NCBI RefSeq assembly: GCF_006345805.1
Contig: NC_042997.1
Coordinates: forward strand, 119,164,001-119,228,000
Direction of reading: 5' to 3'
DNA: 64,000 bases
Source of the DNA: Octopus sinensis
Lineage: Eukaryota
A program made the position numbers and the translations under genes. Below the pieces are notes generated by a model. That model worked only from the letters and a program-made list of their open reading frames with translations, did no database searches and had not been told where the DNA came from. Positions 1-11,551 of this stretch are shown here, piece by piece. Numbering within the stretch: position 1 is the stretch's first letter; each line of letters starts with the position of its first letter.

Positions 1-218
1 TGCGGGATGGGCTACTCGACCAGAAGAGAATTCTAACTGGGCCCCACATGCAAGGTCATGTGCTGCTTATCTTGATATGAGATCACCATGTCGCGCAAAC
101 ATGGTTGTGATGCATGTGCCTGGTGTACCCCTATCAGACGGGTAGTCGTGATGGGTATACTGGGCTTCCTATATTTTGCCCCAGTGTCATTTTGATGGCA
201 TGCACTGCTCTCTTACTC
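1..218 (+). mobile_element. Probable 3' UTR of a non-LTR retrotransposon ending in an (AAT)n tail
   Basis: Non-repetitive GC-richer segment ending ...ctcttactc directly followed by (AAT)n; the same layout occurs at 1471-1690. No coding portion is in the window. Confidence 0.4.
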
Positions 219-254
<36 letters not shown>

Positions 255-355
255 TAATAATAATAATATTAATAATACTACTAATAATAATGATAATAAT
301 AATAATAATTATTATTATTATTATCATTATTATTATAGCAGTAGTAGTAGTATTA

Positions 356-387
<32 letters not shown>

Positions 388-400
388 GCAGCAGCAGCAG
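219..400. repeat. Compound microsatellite (AAT)n/(TTA)n/(AGT)n/(GCA)n
   Basis: Directly visible; source of the poly-I/V/Q ORF 290..556. Confidence 0.95.
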
Positions 401-437
401 CTACATCCTTCACCTCGTTACTGCTCAAAACCGATTG

Positions 438-640
438 TTCTGGCAGAATCGTTAGCATGCCGGGGAAAATGCACAGCGGCATTTCGTCCGTCTTTACGTA
501 CTGAGATCAAATTCTGCCGTGATCGACTTGGGCTTTCATCCTTACGAGGTCGGTAAAAAAAGTACCAGTTAGAAACGGCATCAATGTAATTGACTTATCC
601 TCCAAAATTTCTGGCCTTCTGCCAAAACTTGCAATCTTAT
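438..640 (+). mobile_element. SINE family A, degenerate copy
   Basis: ctggcagaatcgttagcatgccggg...aaattctgccgtg...tttcatccttacgaggtcggtaaaa..gtaccagtt matches cleaner copies at 22943 and 32116. Confidence 0.65.
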
Positions 641-1219
641 TTTTTTCTTTTATTTAATTCAATATTTGAACTGCGATCAAACTGTGGTACTGACTCGAAG
701 CATGTAGTGAAAGAAATCACCGCGGGAATTTATTTTTTAAGCCTGGTAATATATTCAATCCGTTTCTTTTTTGCAGAATCATTAGGCTGCGGTGACATAA
801 ACAAACTAACAACGGTCGTGGAGCAGAGGATGAGCCCAAAAGCAAAGACACAAATGTTATTCTCCTCGAGTAAGATTTAATACTATGCCAGTATTTTTAT
901 ACAACGGTGTGGGCAATGCGTCAAAAATATTTGAACGTGCTATCCAAATACATTCATGCGTTTCCTTAAGTAAATGTGCAAAACATGAATCGCTGTTCAT
1001 TTTATGTCCTTTACAATGTGTTTAAACAGTGATCAGTTCATTAAATTTTATTTTATACACTTATATTGTCATATATTGGAATTATAATGTACACAGGTTT
1101 AAAATAAAAAAATGAATCGTTGAAATCGTTGGGTGGTTAATGATAAAAAGTATCTAGTATTCTGGTTGTTCTTGTCCTCCTACTTCTTCGCATTCTCCTC
1201 CTTTCCTCCTTATTCTCCC

Positions 1220-1265
1220 TGTTGTTATTATTATTATTGTTGATTTGAATAATTATAATAATAAC

Positions 1266-1300
<35 letters not shown>

Positions 1301-1323
1301 TGATGATGATGATGATGATGATG

Positions 1324-1358
<35 letters not shown>

Positions 1359-1419
1359 TATAATAATAATAATCATAATAATAATAATAATAATATTAAT
1401 GATGATCATGATGATAATG

Positions 1420-1459
<40 letters not shown>

Positions 1460-1462
1460 ATA
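1220..1462. repeat. (AAT)n/(GAT)n microsatellite
   Basis: Directly visible. Confidence 0.95.
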
Positions 1463-1470
1463 ACAAAAAC

Positions 1471-1648
1471 ACCAGGACTTACAAACACATATAACATACA
1501 GAAAATTGCACTACTAGGCACTGCACACATCCTACGCAGAACACTTTCCATACAATAACCATCAGAGCATCACAACAAATCACAGCACATACCCAAGGCA
1601 CACAGAGCTGCGCTCGGTAGTGAAGTGAAAGCACGCTATAAAAAATAA
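1471..1648 (+). mobile_element. 3' end of an RLE-type (R4/Dong-like) LINE embedded in (AAT)n
   Basis: Hand translation gives PGLTNTYNIQKIALLGTAHILRRTLSIQ*, the LLGTA.ILR C-terminal motif also seen at 3806..4111; short UTR, then (AAT)n. Confidence 0.75.
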
Positions 1649-1653
1649 AACTA

Positions 1654-1686
<33 letters not shown>

Positions 1687-1711
1687 TTAATAATAATAAA
1701 AAAATATGCTT

Positions 1712-2330
1712 CTAATGCAGAAGGATTTACCAAAAATGGACTTGAAAGTGCTTTTGAATTCCAACGAGAGAGAAGAAACACTAATCTGCATGGAACTGCA
1801 TGGTCAGTTCCACCGTGTAACTAACAACTTAAAAAAAAAAGGATGATGGAGGTTGCCGAGCAAGGGTGATCTGAAAAAAAGGTTGAAAGCGTAATCCTTG
1901 CTGCTCAGGTTCAGGCATTCAATATCAACTCAGTGACAAGGGATATACACCACACAAGTGCAACGAACTTCTGCAGAATGTGGGAAGCGGATCGAAAGCG
2001 TGATTCACATTGTAAGTGCTTATGAAAGTCTTGTGCAGAAGAGTACAAGCGCTGACACGACAAGGTAACCCAAAATCTTCCCTGGCGACTATGCTGGAAG
2101 TATTGATACAAGGTAAAAGAAGCTTGGTAACAACACACATCGGAAAAGGGAATCGACGAAAAGGGGAGCGCAAAAATCCTCTGAGACTTTGACTTCCAGA
2201 CAGATAAGGTATTAGACCACCGAAAGTCAGATATAGTAAGCTTTAGGATGGACAAACAAGAAAAAATAATAATCGACGTGACAGTGCCAGTAGATTAACA
2301 TATTCTCATGAAAGAAAGAGATATACCAGT
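1712..2330 (+). mobile_element. Degenerate RLE-type LINE fragment (CCHC knuckle and PD-(D/E)xK endonuclease region)
   Basis: Hand translation across frameshifts: LHGQFHR, ILAAQ.QA, CRM..ESVIHIVSA, HDKV, KIL.DFDFQTDKVLDHRKSDIV, IIDVTVP. Confidence 0.75.
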
Positions 2331-2409
2331 ATGAAGTAACAGAGTAGTTGTATGTGCATGTACCAGGTAAAATCATACTATTACTATACATATATATAAA
2401 TAGATATAA

Positions 2410-2478
<69 letters not shown>

Positions 2479-2479
2479 C

Positions 2480-2612
2480 ATTTTCATTTTTATCATTTTA
2501 TCCAGGTTAAGCTCACGAGCCGTGGCCATGTTGGGGCACCGCCATTAAAAAGTCCTGGAGATGCCGGAGAATGAACCAGGGGCCTTTCACACGCGAAGCG
2601 AACGCTCTACCA

Positions 2613-2616
<4 letters not shown>
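2480..2616 (-). mobile_element. tRNA-Ala(CGC)-derived mini-SINE with a LINE-type tail, 5' truncated at (TA)n
   Basis: Minus strand TCAGTGGTAGAGCGTTCGCTTCGCGTGTGAAAGGCCCCTGGTTCATTCTCCGGCATCTCCA resembles tRNA-Ala (anticodon arm TTCGC-TTCGCGT-GTGAA), followed by GGCGGTGCCCCAACATGGCCAC. Confidence 0.7.
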
Positions 2617-2677
<61 letters not shown>

Positions 2678-2699
2678 TCTATATATATAAGAGTTGACA

Positions 2700-3070
2700 C
2701 ACATGCTTGCCACTCATATGGTTCCGGATTCAGTCCCGCTGCGTGGCACTTTGAGCTATTTTGATCTACTATAGACATGGGCCGACCAAAGGCTTGTGAG
2801 TAGATTTCGTTGACGGAAACTGAAAGAAGCCCGTCGTATACATATGTATGTAGTTATGTGTCAGTGTTTTTGTTTCTGTTTATCGTCCTCACCTTCACTT
2901 TACAACTGATGTGGGTGCGTTTACGTCAGCGTAACCTAGCGGTTCGGCCTAAAAGACCGTTAGAATCAGCAGCCGGCTTACAAAAAATAGGACCAAGGAC
3001 CGACTTCCTCGACTGTAAGGTGGTGCTTCAGTCAAGTGACTAAAACACGTCAAAGAATAAAGGAATAAAT
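2700..3070 (+). mobile_element. SINE family B copy
   Basis: ggttccggattcagtccc...gggccgaccaaaggcttgtgagtagatt..gacggaaactgaaagaagcccgtcg core plus tail; matches 45826-46258. Confidence 0.75.
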
Positions 3071-3214
3071 ATGTTTGTATGTATGTATGTATGTATGTAT
3101 GTATGTATGTATGTATGTATGTATGTATGTATGCATATATATATATATATATATATATATAAATGCATACACATATGTGTAGGTATATATATGTATATTA
3201 TATATATGTATATA

Positions 3215-3268
<54 letters not shown>

Positions 3269-3366
3269 ATATTTATATATATATATAAATATTTATATAT
3301 ACACACACTCGCATATATATATATAGTATATATATATATATGTAAATATTTATATATACACACACT

Positions 3367-3423
<57 letters not shown>

Positions 3424-3699
3424 ATGCATAGCTACACACACAGGCATGCATACGCAAACATCCTGGTGCATATCTATACCATAGATTTTTTGTTATTATG
3501 TGGAATATACGATTTTATATTCACGGCGTTATTTTGTAAGAAATATATCACTCACGTATTACCGAGTGGGAATATCCTTTGCTTTGGTGATATGTGTTGT
3601 AATATGGATTTCTTTGACTATCTGTCTAGTTGTGTATCTCGTTATAATATGTCCATTGGTCGTTGTGGCTAAAGCAAACCTCGAGAGATCCGCACAATA

Positions 3700-4215
3700 G
3701 TATGAAGAAAAGCGAAAAGTGGTAATGGAACACGAACATTAGAAAGTACTCTGGGATTTTAACATACAGTGCGACCAAGTAATAGAGGCGAGATGGCCAG
3801 ATATTGTGATCATCTATAAAGATGAAAGAGAAGGAAGGATAATAGATGTTGCAATACCAAGCGATTGGAGGGTGAAATTTAAGGAAACAGAAAAGATTGA
3901 GAAATACCAGCCACTGCGGGAGAAGATAGGAAAGTTATGGGGCATGAGGAAAGTAATGGTGATAGCGGTGGTAATTAGAGCAATAGAATCAGTTTCCAAG
4001 GCCTATGAAAAACATATTAAGAATATTGGAGCTGGCGTCAGGCTGGACGTGATCCATGAGACAACATTGTTGGGTACAGCTCGCATTCTAAGGAGAGTAT
4101 TGTCTCTTTGAGTTACAGGAGAAAGCACTACTCGAAACCTTTGGCGATTTGTTATTGCCTACTTTCAAGTAAAGATCAACAGGTAATTAAGAACTATCCA
4201 ACAGTCTTTCAGAAT
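3700..4215 (+). mobile_element. 3' fragment of an RLE-type (R4/Dong-like) LINE; endonuclease domain in ORF 3806..4111
   Basis: KVLWDFNIQCDQVIEARWPDIV..IIDVAIP..KETEKIEKYQ..LLGTARILRRVLSL*, then a UTR and (AAC)n tail. Confidence 0.85.
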
Positions 4216-4430
4216 AACAACAACAACAACCCCAACAACAACGACCACAACAACAGAAACAACAGGAACAGCAGCAACAACAACAACAACAACAGCAACA
4301 ACAACAGCAACAACAGGAACAGCAGCAACAACAGCAACAACAACAGCAACAACAACAACAACAACAGCAACAACAACAACAGCAACAATAATAATAATAA
4401 AACGATGATGATGATGATGATGATGATAAC
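4212..4430. repeat. (AAC/AGC)n then (AAT)n/(GAT)n microsatellite
   Basis: Directly visible. Confidence 0.95.
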
Positions 4431-4851
4431 AACATCAAAAACGATAAAAATAATGTGCATAATTTTTTCTATTAATCATCCCATCATCTAAAAAACTCAT
4501 GTTTCAGCTCAAAGTCGTGTATATATTTCGGCCCTTCGCCATGGGAACCAAAGCAAATGCTGTGTTATTTGATTTCCGACAGACACATATCTCTTAAGAT
4601 GAATTGCTTAAACGGAAACTATTTACAATCCGAGAGCATTGTATCTACAATTCAATTGTACAATCTCGTGACAGGGTGAGTCACACTGATTCTGACTAAG
4701 ACATAACGTATAACACATTTGTCAAATGATCGACTGTTTACAAGATAATATAATTCGTAGAATTGCATTGTGAATAACCTTCATCGAAAACGACGGTGTT
4801 TCACCCATCAACACACACACACGCACACATACACACATATCTAAATATCTA

Positions 4852-5417
4852 TTGGGTTGTCCGGAAAGTTCGTGCTGATTTTTAAAGGGAAGAAAAAGGT
4901 CAATAAATACTTGTAATTACATTTTTAATCAACCAAATATGAAACATTTTGTCGCACAACGCGTCTCTATATTTCCTTTAACTGGAAAATACCCTCTTCC
5001 CAGAATTGAGGTGGTTTCATGGCAAAGAATTCATCAATGTTTATTTTTATGTCATCCAAGGAATTGAAATTTTTACCATTAAGACTATTCTTCAGAAACC
5101 TGAATAAGTGGAAATCCGAAGGAACAATATCTGCTGAATATGGAGGGTGGGGTAACACATCCCAGCCGGGGTGCAGAAATTTTTGTGTGGTTCCCAAAGC
5201 ATCAAGTGCCGAAAATGAACTTTCTTATCTTCCATTTTAAAGGGTTACAAAATTAACACAGGTTATAGAAACATAAACTTTCTTCCACGAAAAGATAGCT
5301 TAAGCTGTGCTCTAAATGGATGTATAGTCAAATCCTGTTTTATGGACGCAACCATGTTCTAAAATAAGTCGAAAGATTAGCTGATATAAATCGGCACGAA
5401 CTTTCCGAATAACCCAA
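4852..5417 (-). mobile_element. Internally deleted mariner transposon
   Basis: TIRs ttgggttgtccggaaagttcgtgc / gcacgaactttccgaataacccaa flanked by TA; ORF 4967..5197 has WDVLPHPPYSADIVPSDFHLF (YSPDLAPSD-like mariner motif). Confidence 0.9.
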
Positions 5418-5938
5418 TATAGAACTGTGTGTGTATATATATAATTTCATATTCATTTATGCATATATATCATCATCGTTAAAGTTTCTAGTTTGATAAT
5501 AGAGCCTTTTTATAAGAAAAATTATTATTTTATTTATTTATTTTAAAATATTGTTTAGATATATTTGCTTATTTATTTAACTATTATCTTTAACCTGAAG
5601 ATTGACTATAACCATAATTCGAATTATTAATTGAATTTAAATTATTGTCATTCGAATTAGGTTATGGGCATGAAACGTACGTAGTGGTTTTACTCTTTAT
5701 CTTATATTAAAGTTTTTAATACTTTTTGATAGTTATATATATTTAATAACAAAGAATATAAAAAAATATAAAAATTAATAAATACAAATTAATAATTTTA
5801 ATTTTAAATTTAAATAATTAAAATTTTTTAATTTTATATTTTATATATTTTGTATATTATATTAATTATTTTTATTTTTATGTTTTAGTTTGTTTTTCAC
5901 TGTTTGATTTGCCTAATAGTGGTTTTATCTCTAATTTA

Positions 5939-5975
<37 letters not shown>

Positions 5976-6077
5976 AGAAAAACATTATATAAATAATTTT
6001 GTGAAGGTTATTTCTCCAGATATACTATAGAAATTATAGCCACCATTGATTTTTGCTACAACGCTTTGTATCAAGAC

Positions 6078-6276
6078 GTCAGATGTAAAGAGACAATGTG
6101 ATCGAAGACAAAAACGGGTTATTAATACATATGCCATATTTAGGAGGATTCAGCACTCATCTAATCCACTATGGTGGTTTAGTTGAGTGCTGCAGATGGG
6201 TAACAATCCTCGAAATATGGCACATACATTCATTACACACTTTTGTCTTCGATCACATTGTCTGTTTACATCTGAC
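6078..6276. repeat. About 200-bp imperfect hairpin (MITE-like)
   Basis: 36-bp outer arms gtcagatgtaaagagacaatgtgatcgaagacaaaa / ttttgtcttcgatcacattgtctgtttacatctgac with nested inner stems. Confidence 0.7.
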
Positions 6277-6461
6277 AAAAGAACGTAAGACCACTGCTGA
6301 CAAAATAGAACACGGTACTGACTTATGAAAACATTTAGTGTACCTTATAATATAATGTTTGCATAACGAAATACCACGTACATGCAAATCTTTAATATAT
6401 ATAGAACGTATGTAAATATAGTATGTGTATGTATGTGTGTATATTTGTTTATATGCATATA

Positions 6462-6538
<77 letters not shown>

Positions 6539-7089
6539 AATGTATATATATCAAACATTAAGGAGAATTCAAATAGGTTCACCAATTCAAATAAATATAT
6601 ATTCCGCCATTGATCGATGTATATCAGTTTTTAAATAAAACAAATTTATCAGTCATTAAAATATTAAAACATATTTAAATTCTATGAATACAGAAATATA
6701 TAAAATTTAATATACATATATAAATAGATGAATGAGATTAAGTTATAAAAGTGTACATGTATAAAAGTATAAGTTATAAAAGTGTACATGTATAAAAGTT
6801 TAGATGTATAACTTAATTCCATTCAACTATCTATATACGTATATAAAAACTTTATACATTTATGTATTCATAGATTTTAAAAGTTTTCATGTTTTAATGA
6901 CTGATACCTTTGTATATTTCAAAAACTGATATACAACAATCCATGGAAAAATATATGTTTATATAAATTGTTGAACTAGTTTGAATATTCCTCAATATTT
7001 TTATATCCCACGTCTCTGGGTATATCTGAGCACTTCGAACTACTGGCATTACAATACACAAAAAAATCTTACTACATATATATAGATAG

Positions 7090-7468
7090 TTGCAGGCTTG
7101 GCTGTGTGGTGACACGCTTGCTTTGCTTGCCAACACATATAGTTCCGGATTCAGTCTCGCTGAGTGGCACCTTCAGTAAGCTTGATCTATTATAGACGCG
7201 GGCCGACCAAAGGCTTGTGAATGGATTTGGTAGACGGAAACTGAAAGAGGCCCGTCGTATATATGTGTGTATGTAGTTATGTATCAGTGATTGTGTTTCT
7301 GTTTGTCACCCTCACTTCACTTGACAACCGATGTGAGTGTGTTTACGTCACCGTAACCTAGCAGGCTTAAACAAAATAAGACCAGGAGTCGATTCCTTCA
7401 ACTGTAAGGTGGTGCTTCAGCATGGCTGTAGTCAAGTGACAGAAACGTGAAAAATAATAAAGGAATAA

Positions 7469-7470
<2 letters not shown>
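7090..7470 (+). mobile_element. SINE family B copy (paralogue of 2700-3070)
   Basis: Same core, and shares diverged tail details (atgtagttatgt.tcagtg, aaggaataaat) with the 2700 copy. Confidence 0.75.
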
Positions 7471-7530
<60 letters not shown>

Positions 7531-7531
7531 A

Positions 7532-7574
<43 letters not shown>

Positions 7575-8101
7575 TATATATATATAAAAGGGAGTTTGAA
7601 TTCCGTCATCAGCGCTATATTCGATAGCTTTATCAAATGCCACCAGCCCTCACTTCTGACTCAGCGACATCAGATAGTGCGGGGGAAGTGCGCAGATGTT
7701 AAAACCAAGTAACGACTGGGAACGTAAATTTTCCCTCCAAAATTCTGCCATGCGCGCCTTCTGGGTAATCGTAATGGAATGAGGAATCCACATGGTAATG
7801 CAATAAAAATGGTAAATAATTTTCCTGTGGTTTTTCATGTAACCAACAATTATTTACCGGTAAAATTCGGTATGTAAATACGACAAATTAATTGTCAGGA
7901 CCTTTGTAAGGTTCAGTATATAGTAAAGAAAATGAGTTGGCTAGCAGCAAGCTGTTTCGCCTCATACCGAAGGAATTAGAAATGGCAGTCAAAGACCGTT
8001 TTTTCCATTTCTATAAGTGGAGATTCCAAAAACGAAGGCCCTTGCGGCTCACATACACAAAATCGGAGTGGCAAATATACGAAGGCAGTCACTTACCGTT
8101 A

Positions 8102-8172
8102 ATAGCGAACACCGTGTTTCTGGATCACAAACATATAAAAAAAGGGAGTTTGAATTCCGTCATCAGCGCTAT
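8102..8172 (-). ncRNA. Type I hammerhead ribozyme motif (array A)
   Basis: Reverse complement of the 9406-9475 motif. Confidence 0.7.
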
Positions 8173-8654
8173 ATTCGATAGCTTTATCAAATGCCACCAG
8201 CCCTCACTTCTGACCCAGCGACATCAGATAGTGGGGGGAAGTGCGCAGATGTTAAAACCAAGTAACGACTGGGAACGTAAATTTTCCCTCCAAAATTCTG
8301 CCATGCGCGCCTTCTGGGTAATCGTAATGGAATGAGGAATCCACATGGTTATGCAATAAAAATGGTAAATAATTTTCCTGTGGTTTTTCATGTAACCAAC
8401 AATTATTTACCGGTAAAATTTGGTATGTAAATACGACAAATTAATTGTCAGGACCTTTGTATGGTTCAGTATATAGTAAAGAAAATGAGTTGGCTAGCAG
8501 CAAGCTGTTTCGCCTCATACCGGAGGAATTAGAAATGGCAGTCAAAGACCGTTTTTTCCATTTCTATAAGTGGAGATTCCAAAAACGAAGGCCCTTGCGG
8601 CTCACATACACAAAATCGGAGTGGCAAATATACGAAGGCAGTCACTTACCGTTA

Positions 8655-8725
8655 ATAGCGAACACCGTGTTTCTGGATCACAAACATATAAAAAAAGGGA
8701 GTTTGAATTCCGTCATCAGCGCTAT
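8655..8725 (-). ncRNA. Type I hammerhead ribozyme motif (array A)
   Basis: Reverse complement of the 9406-9475 motif, 553 nt from the previous copy. Confidence 0.7.
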
Positions 8726-9405
8726 ATTCGATAGCTTTATCAAATGCCACCAGCCCTCACTTCTGACCCAGCGACATCAGATAGTGGGGGGAAGTGCGCA
8801 GATGTTAAAACCAAGTAACGACTGGGAACGTAAATTTTCCCTCCAAAATTCTGCCATGCGCGCGCCTTCTGGGTAATCGTAATGGAATGAGGAATCCATA
8901 TGGTAATGCAATAAAAATGGTAAATAATTTTCCTGTTGTTTTTCATGTAACCAACAATTATTTACCGGTAAAATTCGGTATGTAAATACGACAAATTAAT
9001 TGCTCCACTTATAGAAATGGAAAAAACGGTCTTTGACTGCCATTTCTAATTCCTTCGGTATGAGGCGAAACAGCTTGCTGCTAGCCAACTCATTTTCTTT
9101 ACTATATACTGAACCTTACAAAGGTCCTGACAATTAATTTGTCGTATTTACATACCGAATTTTACCGGTAAATAATTGTTGGTTACATGAAAAACCACAG
9201 GAAAATTATTTACCATTTTTATTGCATTACCATGTGGATTCCTCATTCCATTACGATTACCCAGAAGGCGCGCATGGCAGAATTTTGGAGGGAAAATTTA
9301 CGTTCCCAGTCGTTACTTGGTTTTAACATCTGCGCACTTCCCCCCACTATCTGATGTCGCTGGGTCAGAAGTGAGGGCTGGTGGCATTTGATAAAGCTAT
9401 CGAAT

Positions 9406-9475
9406 ATAGCGCTGATGACGGAATTCAAACTCCCTTTTTTATATGTTTGTGATCCAGAAACACGGTGTTCGCTAT
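9406..9475 (+). ncRNA. Type I hammerhead ribozyme motif (array A); predicted cut after 9469
   Basis: ATAGCG-CTGATGA-C-GGA...TCC-A-GAAA-CA-CGG-TG-T-T-CGCTAT: 6-bp stem I, long stem II, short stem III, GUU triplet. Confidence 0.7.
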
Positions 9476-9681
9476 TAACGGTAAGTGACTGCCTTCGTAT
9501 ATTTGCCACTCCGATTTTGTGTATGTGAGCCGCAAGGGCCTTCGTTTTTGGAATCTTCACTTATAGAAATGGAAAAAACGGTCTTTGACTGCCATTTCTA
9601 ATTCCTTCGGTATGAGGCGAAACAGCTTGCTGCTAGCCAACTCATTTTCTTTATCTATATATATATAATATATATATATAG

Positions 9682-9736
<55 letters not shown>

Positions 9737-10070
9737 GCATACATATGTGATATCTGTATATATATATATATATATATATAGATATATATATATGCGTGTG
9801 TGTGTATGTATGTATGTATGTATTCATAGCTACAGACACAGGTGTGCATACGCAAATATCCTGGTGCATAACTATACCATAAATTTATGTTATTAATATA
9901 TGATGTTATATCCACGGCGTTATTTTGTACGGAATATATCCCTCAGGTATCAGCGTGTAGGATTATCCTTTGCTTTGGTGATATGTGTTGTAATATGAAT
10001 TTCTTTGACTGTCTAGGTGTCTCTCTCTTTACGCGCGCACAGATATATGTGAATATGTATATCCATATGC

Positions 10071-10114
<44 letters not shown>

Positions 10115-10431
10115 ATAGTGTAAACGCACTTATACAGTTGCGTGCCTGTCTTTGCTTACGTGAATGTATTTATGTATATATGTATGCAAAGTATTTAACC
10201 TGGCTTATCTCACTTCAGAAACGCCACCAACCTTACCAGCGCACTCGCACACACACATATGCATATATATGCTTATATATATATATATATATATATGCTT
10301 ATATATATATATATGTTTTATGTGCACATACACGTTCTCACATACATCTACGTCCGTACTCTCGTTTTGGGATCACCGTTACTTTATTACCTCCCTTTCT
10401 TCCTAGCTCTCCGGTCTGACCACCTCTGTGT

Positions 10432-10737
10432 GTTGATCCGCATGTTGACCGCTAGTCACTTAACCTTTTTTAAAAATATTATCTCTGTTTATTTCTCTGA
10501 TCCCTTCTGTCCAAGAGCGTAGGTTCAAAACGTAAAAGACTTTCTCACTTCCCGAGCGTTAATCTAATACATCTGCGTATTGTTTATACAATCGTCTTCG
10601 TCTTTTGTTTGTTTTTTATTCATATATTCCAACTATATATATATATATTATATATATATTTATATATTGCTCAGTGATATGATACGAGTTTTGGTACAAT
10701 GCCCCTAGAAGATCTTTCCTTCCATACACACACACAC

Positions 10738-10806
<69 letters not shown>

Positions 10807-11184
10807 AAGGAAAGATCTTCTAGGGCATTGTACCAAAACTCGTATCATATCACTGAGCAATATTTAAAACAGTTATGAAATATTGAATCAGGTATGTTGT
10901 ATGTATTTTAGAATAATATTCGTCCTTTGCAAATTTGATTTCGAATTGATTTTGACCATATATATTCCAGTAGTTTGTGCATGTTGATCAGCATGTTGAC
11001 CGCTAGTCACTTAACCTTTTTTAAAAAAATTATCTCTGTTTATTTCTCTGATCCCTTCTGTCCAAGAGCGTAGGTTCAAAACGTAAAAGACTTTCTCACT
11101 TCCCGAGCGTTAATCTAATACATCTGCGTGTTGTTTATACAATCGTCTTCGTCTTTTGTTTGTTTTTTATTCATATATTCCAAC

Positions 11185-11216
<32 letters not shown>

Positions 11217-11291
11217 ATATATATATACATATATATTGCTCAGTGATATGATACGAGTTTTGGTACAATGCCCCTAGAAGATCTTTCCTTC

Positions 11292-11362
<71 letters not shown>

Positions 11363-11551
11363 TTATATATGGAAGGAAAGATCTTCTAGGGCATTGTACC
11401 AAAACTCGTATCATATCACTGAGCAATATTTAAAACAGTTATGAAATATTGAATCAGGTATGTTGTATGTATTTTAGAATAATATTCGTCCTTTGCAAAT
11501 TTGATTTCGAATTGATTTTGACCATATATATTCCAGTAGTTTGTGCATGTT
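10432..11551. repeat. About 551-bp tandem duplication; each unit contains a 62-bp inverted repeat around (CA)n(TA)n
   Basis: catgttgaccgctagtc at 10441 and 10992; IR arms at 10665-10726 / 10802-10862, repeated in the second unit. Confidence 0.9.

Larger units (their letters stand above)
7586..9651. mobile_element. HHR array A: about 553-bp unit, about 2.6 tandem copies (7586-9002) then about 1.2 inverted copies (9003-9651), flanked by (TA)n
   Basis: gggagtttgaattcc at 7590, 8144 and 8697 (period 553-554); 9003 onward is the reverse complement; one HHR motif per unit. Confidence 0.85.

Noticed and set aside
2556-2616. Functional tRNA-Ala gene
   Set aside because: The 5' acceptor and D-arm start are missing, the T-loop is altered, and it is fused to a LINE tail.
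5460-6000. Extremely AT-rich stretch as a mitochondrial insertion
   Set aside because: I could not identify any mitochondrial gene, tRNA or rRNA motif; a BLASTn search would settle it.
7937-9560. Repeated 105-143 aa ORFs (MASSKLFRLIP..., MKIPKTKALAA...)
   Set aside because: No recognisable domain; they arise from the tandem unit and lie antisense to the ribozyme strand.
7586-9651. Tandem arrays as CRISPR or simple satellite DNA
   Set aside because: No short repeat-spacer pattern, eukaryotic context, low copy number, and the inversion plus ribozyme fit a retroelement origin better.
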